A stretch of 64,000 bases of DNA, from assembly GCF_004010195.1 (NCBI RefSeq), contig NC_057718.1:77268202-77332201 (forward strand), written 5' to 3'. Position 1 is the first letter of the stretch. Every line of letters begins with the position of its first letter. The stretch comes from Chiloscyllium plagiosum. Taxonomy: Eukaryota. This document shows positions 13,330-24,445 of this stretch, piece after piece. The position numbers and the translations under genes are program-made. The notes below the pieces were generated by a model. The model did not search any database. It worked only from the letters and a program-made list of their open reading frames with translations, and was not told the DNA's origin.

Positions 13330-13924
13330 TTCGGAGATGCCGGTGTTGGACTGGGGTGTACAAAGTTAAAAATCACACAACACCAGGTTATAGTCCAACA
13401 GGTTTAATTGGAAGCACACTAGCTTTCGGAGCGACGCTCCTTCATCAGGTGATTGTGGAGGGCTCGATCGTAACACAGAATTTATAGCAAAAATTTGCAG
13501 TGTGATGTAACTGAAATTATACATTGAAGAATTGATTGCATGAATTTATGTAAAACTCTGTTATCTCACTTTTTAGATTGGAATCAATCTAAACATCAGA
13601 TCATAGACAGAGAACACAGGGGGCTAACACCTTCAACATATTGTCTAGCTATCACCATTGTTAACAGCTAACCCGAGAATGCAACTTTAAAAAAAAGGTT
13701 TTGTGATTTACACATGAAAGAAGTGAAACTATCACTGTATTCTAACAGATGAAAGGCTTAACAGACAATCAATTCTTCAATGTATAATTTCAGTTACATC
13801 ACACTGCAAATTTTTGATATAAATTCTGTGTTACGATCGAGCCCTCCACAATCACCTGATGAAGGAGGGTCGCTCTGAAAGCTAGTGTGCTTCCAATTAA
13901 ACCTGGTGTTGTGTGATTTTTAAC
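13330..13924. mobile_element. Hammerhead-bearing inverted-repeat element (second Penelope-type pLTR family) inserted in CR1
   Basis: Perfect 12-bp TSD tgaattctttga (13318-13329, 13925-13936); inverted arms ~13364-13538 and ~13766-13924, each with CAC-CTGATGA-AGGAG..CTC(C/T)GAAAGCTA-GTG. Confidence 0.88.
13853..13887 (+). ncRNA. Minimal hammerhead motif (cleaner mirror copy on the minus strand at ~13417-13451)
   Basis: CAC-CUGAUGA-AGGAG..CUCU-GAAA-GC-UA-GUG; stem I CAC/GUG, palindromic AGCU stem III. Confidence 0.65.
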
Positions 13925-15179
13925 TGAATTCTTTGAGGATGTGACAAACACATTGATGAAGGTAGAGCAGTGGATATGGTGTACATAGATTTTAGCAAGG
14001 CATTTGATAAGGTTCCCAATGGTAGGCTCATTCAGAAAGTAAGGAGGCATGGGATACAGGAAAGTCTGGCTGTCTGGATACAGAATTGGCTGGCCCACAG
14101 AAGACAGAGGTGATAGTACATGGAAAGTATTTAGCTTGGAGTTTGGTGACCAGTGGTGTTCCACAGGGATCTTTCTGGGACCTCTGCTCTTTGTAATTTC
14201 TATAAATAACTTGGATGAGGAAGTGGAAGGGTGGGTTAGTAAGTTTGCCAATGATATGAAGGTTGGTGGAGTGGTGGATAACGTGGAGGGCTGTTGTAGG
14301 TTGCAATGGGACATTGACAAGATGCAGAAATGGGCTGATAAATAGCAGATGGAATTCAATCTGGAAAAGTGTAAAGTGGTTCATTTTGGAAGGTCGAATT
14401 TAAATGCAGAATACAGGGTTAAAGGCAGGATTCTTGGCAGTATGGAGGAACAGTGGGATCTTGGGGTCCATGTCCATAGATCCCTCAAAGTTGCCACCAA
14501 GTTGATACGATTGTTAAGAAAGTGTATAGTGTGTTGGTTTTCATTAGCAGCGGGATTGAGTTTAAGAGCCATGAAGTTATGCTGCATCTGTAAAGAGCCC
14601 TGGTTAGACCACACTTGGAATATTGTGTTCAATTCTAGTCACTTCATTATAGGAACAATGTGGAAGCTTAAGAGACAGTGCAGAGGAGATTTACCAGGAT
14701 GTTGCCTGGACTGGAGGGCATGTGTTATGAAGTGACATTGAGTTAGCAAAGGCTTTTCTCATTGGAGCAAAAAAGGGTGAGAGGTGTACAAGATGGTGAG
14801 AGGCATAAATAGAATGGATAGCCAGAGACTTTTTCCCAGGGGGCATAATTTTAAGGTGATTGGAGGAAGGTTTAAGGGAGATATCAGAGGTAGGTTCTTT
14901 ATACAGAGGTAGATGGGTGCATGGAATGCACTGCCAGCAGTGGTAGTTAATTCAGATGCATTAGGGACATTTAAGCGACACATGGATGATAGTACAACAT
15001 AAGTTAGTTTGACCTTAAGAGTAGGATAAAGGGTTGGCACAACATTAAGGGCTGAAGAGATTGTACTGTGCTGTACTGTATGTTCAATGTTCTATGTTCT
15101 AAACATTATAGCAGAAAATGAATAAAGGTATAACTTACTGACTTAGTGTTTATGTTTCTTCTGTGTTGTTTCTTAGATT

Positions 15180-15345
15180 CAAAACTCTAGCTTTTAGAGC
15201 ACTGCTCCTTCACCAGGTGCTAGTCCCTAATGAAGGAGCAGTGCTGTGAAAGCCAGTGTTTTCAAAAAAACCCATTGGACTATAATCTGGTGTTGTGTGA
15301 TTTTTGACCTTGTCAACGCAGAACAACACTGGCATCGCCACATCC
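15180..15345. repeat. Degenerate short copy of the 13330-type hammerhead element
   Basis: gctccttcaccagg / taatgaaggagcagtgctgtgaaagc inverted pair followed by ggactataatctggtgttgtgtgattttt. Confidence 0.7.
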
Positions 15346-15625
15346 TGTTTCTCATATTGACATCCCTTATATGTATTTGTGTTTGAAATTTTATTCGATA
15401 ACTTAAAGCGTTTTAGACTGATTGTTTATTTGTTTGAAGTTCATAAGTTGTAGCTTTAATTGTTCAGTGCATCAATTATACCTGCATCATAAAATATTAA
15501 AAAGAAACCAAATATTATCAACTAAATAGATAACTAATGATTAAACAGAATTGATGTGCTTTTGAACAGGTATATTTTCAGTCAGAATTGTTTTCAATTA
15601 ATTACTTTAAATATTTTTACCACAG

Positions 15626-15760
15626 ATACAAGAAACACAAACTTTAAATCAGAGTTCAGCACTCAGATCGCAAGAGAGACCTCCTTCAGGCTGTAGGAGT
15701 CGCAGTGCAACCCCAAGGGGAAGGAAGACTCCACTGGATAGTTTTGACCTTGAACAGAAG
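15626..15760 (+). CDS. CENPJ-family gene, internal exon (IQETQTLNQ...RSRSATPRGRKTPLDSFDLEQK)
   Basis: ttttaccacag| acceptor, AAG|gtttgc donor, 135 bp open, phase 0-0, in frame with the downstream TCP-domain exons. Sequence is not conserved enough to recognise alone. Confidence 0.7.
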
Positions 15761-15799
15761 GTTTGCATTTTTTATTGTCGCTGTTAGATCTCAATGTAT

Positions 15800-16915
15800 T
15801 TTCTCAATGAGAGTCTGAGTCGCTGGGCAGATTTCTGGTGACCTTTATTTACTTCATTACAGTAAAAAGCAAGGCACGAAGGCATGAAAAAGCACACAAA
15901 CTTCAGAATGTCTTATTTCATATATGTTAACTTAGAGTGCACATGCCACCACCATCACCACCCCCCCCCCCGCCCTTGATTACTATTAGTCAGCAGTACC
16001 GAGTTGTCACTCTGTGATTGGCTTTCTCGTACAGCATCATTACTGAGATGGACAGGTTCAAGGCCTAATCATGGTCCTTCATGATGTTCTTGAGGCTTCA
16101 ATGGTTACTGTCCGAGTAATATTTGCCAGAACTTCCAATTAATTAGGTCAAGAATTTTAAACTTATTATTAAAGGGAAAACAAAAGAATGTTGACATCTG
16201 ATCAGTTCCAACAGTTATGTGGTTTAGCACATCCCAATTCACATTCCAATATCTTAAGATAGAAAAGGGACCTAATGGGCAACTTTTTCACACAGAGGCT
16301 GGTGCGTATATGGAATGAGCTGTCAGAGGAAGTGTTGGAGACTGGTACAATTATAGCGTTTAAAAGACATCTGGATGGGTATATGAAAAGGAAAGGTTTA
16401 GAGGGATATGGGCCAAGTGCCGGTAAATGGGTCAAGATCAGGTTAGGATATCTGGTCGGCATGGATGAATTGGACCGAAGGGTCTGCTTCCGTGCTGTAC
16501 ATCTCTATGACTCTAAGTGAACGAGACAGAGAAAGACTTTTCTTGCTGCACTTGCTGAACTAATTGTTAACTATTTGTGGTCTTTTATGAAGTAACTCAG
16601 ATCTAGAGTTATTGATTAAACAACTCATTAGTGTGAGGTAGTCAAAAGTGCTATTGCTCAAATGTTGTTATCTTATGTGTTAGTTTCAAATGTTCTATGA
16701 AAAATAGCCAAATGTTGATAAATGTTATATCTTCTTTTGCATCAGTTACAACTCAAGAAAATGTTGCTGTCAGCAATAGTTGTAGGCAGCCCTAACAGCC
16801 ATTTTGTGTATGGGCACCCCTAACTATCATTTTATGTTACTCATTTATGGGCATCCCTAACAGCCATTTTGTACTACTCAGATATGGGCAACCCTTACAG
16901 TCATTATTGTTGGTT
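15800..16915. repeat. Unclassified interspersed repeat (same family as 41832-42644), with a CR1 3' fragment at ~16260-16515
   Basis: Shared blocks tcaatgaga..., aaaagaat.ttgac.t.tgatcagttccaaca and tgttg..gtcagcaata; ~36-bp tandem units at 16785-16905. Confidence 0.6.
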
Positions 16916-17673
16916 TCCTTAATAAACTAAGTATTTGACTCTGAATCAGTCTGTAATTTGAAACTAAACATTAGCCAAGCACAACAATGTGGACCAGAAC
17001 GTGAAATTTCTGACCATATATACATTTTTCTCAAAGTGGGCCAGAAAAAAAAATCCTCCAGCTTTCGTTTATTTAGTTTCTTTAACTTCAACAACTTTTG
17101 AATATGGAAAATCTAACCACTCAGGCTTCAGCACATTTTGCTTCATAAAGTAAAAACAGTACATTGAAGGAAGATTGTAGTTAATTGTTTTGTGCAAATA
17201 TATACTTGTACTTTTTAAAGTTTATGCGTGATGTGTAAGTCCAATTAATAAGATGGTGTCAGCATTATTATAGTCAAAATAACTCATCAAATTATTGAAA
17301 AAAAATCACATTGATTTTACCTAGAATGTATTCATTCGTGTTCTAATTAATTTGTTGTAAACCATAATCTCATTGATAACCTTTGAATATCCAAAATATG
17401 GTTTCATTATCTACATAGTAAAAACAGAATACTGGGGATAATTTACTTGTATGAAAATGGTATGGATCAGGAGGAGAGACAAAGAACAGCCATTCAGTAA
17501 TGTATTTCTAGCATCACTTTCCACCAATATGATTTCGCTGATGTGATCTTCCTTTAAAGCTGTAACCTAACTATCGCTTTGTTTCAGGGTTCCTCACTAA
17601 TTGTTGTCCTTTGATCTCCAACCACAGTGCTTTATCTTCAGCTAGCTGTAAGAAATTATTTTCAATTTTTCAG

Positions 17674-17778
17674 ATTTCACGGCCCAGCTCTGTTTTATCA
17701 AGAAAAGAGTCTACTTATTTTAAGAGGAAAGTTACAAATAATAATGTCAGAGAGGAAATTCGGTACCCAGATGGCAAG
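17674..17778 (+). CDS. CENPJ: CENPJ-family gene, internal exon (ISRPSSVLSR...EEIRYPDGK)
   Basis: tttttcag| acceptor, AAG|gtaaat donor, 105 bp, phase 0-0. Ends in EIRYPDGK, resembling human CPAP EISHPDGK at the start of the TCP domain. Confidence 0.88.
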
Positions 17779-18989
17779 GTAAATGGGCATTAAAAATATA
17801 TTAAATATATTAAATAATAAAAGAAAGAAATGCTTTGGTACTTAATATTTTGTATTTATAGATGCAATTAATTCTTACTTTTATTGGAATATTTGAATTA
17901 ATTTAGAACATTTGCTGTGAAAATTATCGATCACTATAATGCTGGAGTACTACTGTCACATAATAGAGCTGCATTTGAGCTGCAGTTTTCTCTGCTGCAT
18001 TTGTTGTTCCTTTGGCTGGATTTATAAAACCAATACTGCATAGCTTTGGTAGAAAGGAGAGGAAAATGGCTGTACTTTGGAGTAGGAGCAGACCATTTAG
18101 TTTCTTGAACCTTTTCAAAGATTCAGTGAGACCAATCTCTGCCATGACTCCTTTTACCTGCCTTGGCTTCACATTCTATTCCTTGGCTAGCAAAAACCTT
18201 GGATCATAAAATTATTCATTTATCAACTATGTTCTTTTTCTCTGGGTGGGATCTTCCTTTTGTACCACTCTTTGCATGAACTTGTGTTTCTTAACTTCTC
18301 CTCTGAATGATCTTTGTTCTTATTTTGAGGTGTGTTCTTTTGCCAAGAGCAGGAAAAAAATGTTTATATTTATCTACTCTATCAATTCTACTAAACATTT
18401 CAAAAATGGTAACAATCTTTCCAGAACTGTACATGGTCTAACAAGGGTTTTGTGCTATTACACCAAGATTTCCTTTTCTTTATATTCTGGCTCTATTATA
18501 AAGAGTCATGAAATGACCCAATTAAAAAAGGTGGACTGATTCCTTTTCCCACTTGTATGCTGGTTGCAACAGAGTTTTAATTTTAAAAAAATTGATCATT
18601 TTCATCTTGTGCTAATCAAGAAATTTGCAAGAATGTTAATATAAAGGGAAAACAACATTCATACTATATGACATAAGAGTACTGATTGACAAATAAACTC
18701 TTCTTGATAAAGGTGTTACCATGGAGAATGCAGCAAATACGTGATGACAGACAGTTAACTACGATGCTTCGTTATCTATCTCCTGTTTTGAAGTCTCTTT
18801 TTCTGAAGATAGTGGTATAGATTTAAATACACCTTTAAGAGTAATGAAAGGGCCTTCCAGGGGTTTTTCAACTTACAAACTGTCATGAAATTGTTTTCAG
18901 AGAAAGAGAGAGAAAGGATAAAGAATATTGTTCCACTGACAAGTTTTCTCTATCTGTATTCAGAGCAAATTTTATTTGCACCCATAAAC

Positions 18990-20092
18990 TACTGCAAAAA
19001 ATACGGAGGTATGGCACTGAGGGTGAGTTGGAGGTTTGGATTAGGAATTGGCTGGCTGGAAGAAGACAGAGGGTAGTAGTTGATGGTAAAGGTTCATCTT
19101 GGAGTGCAGTTACTAGCGGTGTTCCGCAAGGATCTGTTTTGGGACCATTGCTGTTTGTCATTTTTATAAATGATCTGGAGGAAGGGCTAGAAGGTTGGGT
19201 GAGCAAGTTTGCGGATGATACGAAAGTCGGTGGAGTTGTTGACAGTGAGGAAGGATGTGTCAGGTTACAGCGGGATATAGATAAGCTGCAGAACTGGGCA
19301 GAAAGGTGGCAAATGGAGTTCAATGTAGGTAAGTGTGAGGTGATTCACTTTGGTAGGAGGAACAAAAAGATGGGATACTGGACTAATAGTCGGATACTTG
19401 GTAGTGTGGATGAGCAGAGGGATCTTGGTGTCCATGTACACAGATCTCTGAAAGTTGCCATCCAGGTAAATAGTGCAGAGAAGAAGGCATATGGCGTACT
19501 GGCTTTTATTGGTAGAGGAATTGAGTTCCGTAGTCCTGAGGTCATGTTGCAGTTGTATAAGACTCTAGTGCGGCCGCATCTGGAGTATTGTGTGCAGTTT
19601 TGGTCGCCATACTATAGAAAGGATGTGGAGGCACTGGAACGGGTGCAGAGGAGGTTTACCAGGATGTTGCCTGGTATTGTATGAGGAAAGGCTGAGGCAC
19701 TTGGGGCTGTTTTCATTGGAGAAATGAAGGTTTAGGGGTGATTTGATAGAGGTGTACAAGATGATTAGGGGTTTAGATAGGGTTGACCATGAGAACCTTT
19801 TTCCACGTATGGAGTCAGCTATTACGAGGTGGCATAGCTTTAAATTAAGGGGTGGTGGGTATAGGACAGATGTTAGGGGTAGATTCTTTACTCAGCGAGT
19901 CGTGAGTTCATGGAATGCCCTGCCAGTAGCAGTGGTGGACTCTCCCTCATTATGGGCATTTAAACGGGCATTGGATAGGCATATGGAGGATGGTGGGCTA
20001 GTGTAGGTTAGGTGGGCTCGGATCGGCGCAACATCGAGGGCCAAATGGCCTGTACTGCGCTGTATTTTTCTATGTTCTATGTTCTATGTTCT
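18990..20092 (+). mobile_element. CR1 LINE 3' fragment (young-looking)
   Basis: ORF 19028-19684 with SGVPQGSVLGPLLF, KFADDT and LVRPHLEYCVQFWSP; (ttctatg)n tail. Confidence 0.95.
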
Positions 20093-20230
20093 AAACCAGG
20101 TCATGTGACTTATCTCTGAAAGTGTCTCGATTCAAGCCAATTGTTCTTTGCAACTGCAACACTAACAATCTGGTTGCTGATGTATCCAGGATTTTGTTTC
20201 TTTACAAAACCATTCTTTTCACAAATTTCA

Positions 20231-20232
<2 letters not shown>

Positions 20233-20261
<29 letters not shown>
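20233..20261. repeat. (TA)n microsatellite
   Basis: Seen directly. Confidence 0.95.
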
Positions 20262-20265
<4 letters not shown>

Positions 20266-20789
20266 GTTAATGATAATATAAACTAATATCTTAGATAACA
20301 TTTCCTCATAACAGTAGCATTTAATTAGCCATTTTGTTTATTGAACCTGATCACTGCATTTTAGTGATTGATGTACATAGACCACTAATTGCCTTTGTAC
20401 TGTCGGTATTTCTAACCTTTCCCAATTTAAAAATTTACACTACATTATAAAACTACTAATCACTGTCATTGATAAACTTAGAAATAAGCCTTTTATTGCG
20501 TTTTTAAAGTATTGAGTAAGTGTTGAGAACTGTTGAGGCCCAGCAAAGAATATTTTGCTATACCATCTCCTTCTAAATAGAGCTAATGCTTATTACTCCT
20601 TTGTACTGTCTTACACTGCATAGTTAATATAATAATGTATGAATGACCTGCCTCCTATTTCTTGAACATTGTGTAGAACCTTATTAAATGCATTCTGGAA
20701 CGCCATATATTTGACACCGTATTCATTTCCTGTCTACTATTTTAGCTACATCTCAAAAAATTGAGTTAGGTTTGTTAAACATTACCTAT

Positions 20790-22230
20790 CAAAGAAAAAT
20801 AGAAACTAGGAATAGGAATAGACTATTCGGCCCTTCCAGCCTGCTCTCCCATTCGGTACGGTTGTGGATGATCATTTAGCTCAGTACCCTGTTTCTGCTT
20901 TCTCCCCATACTCTTTGATTCCTTCAACTCTAAAAACTGTATCTAACTCTTTCTTGAAAATCATCTTCAATGATTTAGCCTTAAATGCCTGAAGAAGGGC
21001 TACACCTGAAATGTTGACTTTTCCACTTCTTGATGCTGTCTTGCTTGCTGTTTTCTTCCTGAAGAAGGGCCTGTGCCCGAAACGTCGAATCTCCTGTTCC
21101 CTGGATGCTGCCTGACCTGCTGTGCTGTTCCAGCAATAAAGTTTCAACTGCTGTTTTCTTCCAGCCTCCTGCTTGCCTACCTTGGAATCTAGCACCTGCA
21201 TTTTTTTTTTTGTCTTTAAATGCTTTCTATGGAGAGAGTTCCACAGATGTACCACTGTGTAGGTGAAAACATTTCTCCTCATCTCAGTCCCAAATGGCCA
21301 AACCTGTTACTTTACACTATGACAACTGTTGAAATATTAATTGTTTTCTCTCCACAAATATCCCTGTCAAGTCCTGTTAAAGGTTTATAGGTTTCCATGA
21401 GATCCCCCCCCTTATTCTTCTAAACTCTAGTCCTAACCAATTCAATCTCTCTTCATATGTCAGTCGTGCCATCTCAGGAATTAGTTGATAAATCTTTGTT
21501 GTATTCCTTCCATAATCTGTACTGTTACAGAAAGACGTCCCTACTCCTGTACTCAAACCTCTTGCTATAAAGGTTAGTGCACAATTTGCTTTTTTTACTG
21601 CCTGCTGCACCTGCACACTTAATTTCAGCTTACTTTCAGGTCTTGTTGCAACTCCCCCAATCCTAATCTATCACCATTTACGTAATCTCCCTTCCTATTT
21701 TTTGCTACCAAATTGGACGACTTCACAGTTATCTATTTTCCCACTCACTCAACTTGTACAAATCACACTGAAGCACCTCTGCATCCTCCTCACAGTTTGC
21801 CGTCCCAATCAGCTTTGTGTTGTCTGCAACCTTGAAGATATAACCTTAGTTGCCTCATCTAAATCATTCATATATAATATGAATAGATGGGGTCCAAACA
21901 CTAATTTCTGCAGTACCTACTGGTCTCTGTCAGCCACACAGAAAATAACCCATTCATTCTTTCGCTTTGTTGCTTGTCTGCAAACTAGTTCACTATCCAT
22001 GTCAATACACTACCCAGCAATCCAATGTGATTTAATTTTACATGCTAATCTCTTACGTGGGACCTATCAAAAGCCTTCTGACAGTCCAAGTAATACCTAT
22101 CCACTAGGTTCCCTTCATCAACCCTACAAGTTATATCCTTGAAAAATTCCAGATTTATCAAACATGATTTCCCTGTTGTATATCCATGCTGAATTTTCAA
22201 GTTTTCCAAGTGATCTGCTTTTAAATCTTT
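20790..22230 (-). mobile_element. Decayed CR1 LINE, with nested Penelope-derived inserts at ~20989-21200
   Basis: GKSCLINLEFFKD, YLDCQKAFD and HLWNSL on the minus strand. Confidence 0.85.
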
Positions 22231-22665
22231 TTGAACGAAGAATAGTACAGCACTGGGACAGGTCCTTCGGCCCACCAAGTCTGTGCCAACACATAATGCT
22301 TTTGTGTTACGACACAGGGTAAACCCCTCTATTAATTTAAACCTGACACACAAAGAAGGTCACTTCATGCCGTAATCTGTTAAATTTCGAGAGGCAAAGG
22401 ACCACCCCAGAGGTCACTATTTAAAGTAAAATTAACAATTTTATTATTTGAGTCCAACAGAGAACATTAAAACTAACAACTGTTTACAACTCCTTTCTCT
22501 TAAACCTATCTTTTTCCTCCTACTCTATAATACTGTTCTGGTAAATTTACAGCAAAATCAATTTCAAACCCAGGTATAGTCTTCGGTTGTTGAGCTTTCT
22601 CTGTAGATTCCTCTAGGTCGACTTAGTGTTCTGCTGCACAAATTTCTTATAGACCGGTACCTTTT

Positions 22666-24445
22666 TAGATTAGATTAGACTACTTACAGTGTGGAAACAG
22701 GCCCTCCATCCAACAAGTCCACACCCTGCCAAATGTAAGGTTGTCCATTTTGGAAGGACAAATAAGAATGCGGAATACAGGGTTAACAGTAGGGTTCTTA
22801 GTAAGGTGGAGGAGCAGAGGGATCTTGGGGTCTATGTTCATAGATCTTTGAAAGTTGCCACTCAGGTGGATAGAGCTTGTAAGAAGGCCTATGGTGTATT
22901 AGCGTTCATTAGCAGAGGGATTGAATTCAAGAGTCGTGAAGTGATGTTACAGCTGTACAGGACTTTTGTTAGACCACATTTGGAGTACTGTGTGCAGTTC
23001 TGGTCGCCTCACTTTAGGAAAGATGTGGAAGCTTTGGAGAGGGTGCAAAGAAGATTTACCAGGATGTTGCCTGGAATGGAGAATAGGTCATATGAGGTTA
23101 GGTTGAGCGTGCGAGGCCTTTTCTCATTGGAACGGAGAAGGATGAGAGGTGACTTGATAGAGGTGTATAAGATGATCAGGGGAATAGATAGAGGAGACAA
23201 TCAGAAACTTTTTCCCCGGGTACAACAGAGTGTTACAAGGGGACATAAATTTAAGGTGAAGGGTGGAAGGTATAGGGGAGATGTCAGGGGTAGGTTCTTT
23301 ACCCAGAGAGTGGTGGGGGCATAGAATGCGCTGCCNNNNNNNNNNNNNNNNNNNNNNNNNNNNNNNNNNNNNNNNNNNNNNNNNNNNNNNNNNNNNNNNN
23401 NNNNNNNNNNNNNNNNNNNNNNNNNNNNNNNNNNNNNNNNNNNNNNNNNNNNNNNNNNNNNNNNNNNNNNNNNNNNNNNNNNNNNNNNNNNNNNNNNNNN
23501 NNNNNNNNNNNNNNNNNNNNNNNNNNNNNNNNNNNNNNNNNNNNNNNNNNNNNNNNNNNNNNNNNNNNNNNNNNNNNNNNNNNNNNNNNNNNNNNNNNNN
23601 NNNNNNNNNNNNNNNNNNNNNNNNNNNNNNNNNNNNNNNNNNNNNNNNNNNNNNNNNNNNNNNNNNNNNNNNNNNNNNNNNNNNNNNNNNNNNNNNNGAG
23701 GAGGTTTACCAGGATGCTGCCTGGACTGGAGGGCTTATCTTATGAAGAGAGGTTGACTGAGCTCGGACTCGCTTCATTGGAGAAAAGGAGGAGGAGAGGG
23801 GACCTAATTGAGGTATACAAGATAATGAGAGGCATAGATAGAGTCGATAGCCAGAGACTATTTCCCAGGGCAGAAATGACTAACACGAGGGGTCATAGTT
23901 TTAAGCTGTTTGGAGGAAAGTATAGAGGGGATATGAGAGGTGGGTTCTTTACACAGAGAGTTGTGAGAGCATGGAATGCGTTGCCAGCAGCAGTTGTGGA
24001 AGCAAAGTCATTGGGGACACTTAAGAGACTACTGGACATGCATATGGTCACAGAAATTTGAGTGTGCATACATGAGGATCAGTGGTCGGCACAACATCGT
24101 GGGCTGAAGGGCCTGTTCTGTGCTGTACTGTTCTATGTTCTATGTATTGATTACACCGAAAGAGAAATAATAAACAGGCGAATAATGAAGCAATGCTGAG
24201 GTACAGGTTATAGTGTATCGCCCAAATAGGGGTTCTATATATGAATACATGGAGTTTAAGGAATAAATTAAATGAGCTGAATGCACAAATTCAACCCACC
24301 GAAGCGCAACCCACCCAGGCCCATTGCCTTACACTTACCCCTTCACCTAACACTACAGGCAGTTTAGTATGGCCAATTCACCTAACCTGCCCATTTTTGA
24401 AATGTGGGAGGAAACCGGAGCACCCAGAGGAAACCCACGCAGACA
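22666..24445. mobile_element. HE1/V-SINE-like fragment (minus; 22666-22725 and 24292-24445) interrupted by + strand CR1 3' fragments (22727-24145)
   Basis: agattagattag..acagtgtggaaacaggcc tail and ggaggaaaccggagcacccagaggaaacccacgcagacac core; CR1 ORFs 22689-23324 and 23714-24061. Confidence 0.8.
23336..23697. other. Assembly gap (N run)
   Basis: Seen directly. Confidence 1.

Larger units (their letters stand above)
11477..15100 (+). mobile_element. Long CR1 LINE (ORF1 end plus decayed ORF2 endonuclease-RT), interrupted at 13330-13924
   Basis: GDFNFPNIDW, SDHN-like, PDGIYPRLL, VIPLFKKG, KFANDMK motifs; (ctatgtt)n tail near 15090. Confidence 0.92.

Noticed and set aside
23263..23745. Long ORFs in the track spanning N runs (also 57589-58652)
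   Set aside because: Artefacts of assembly gaps.
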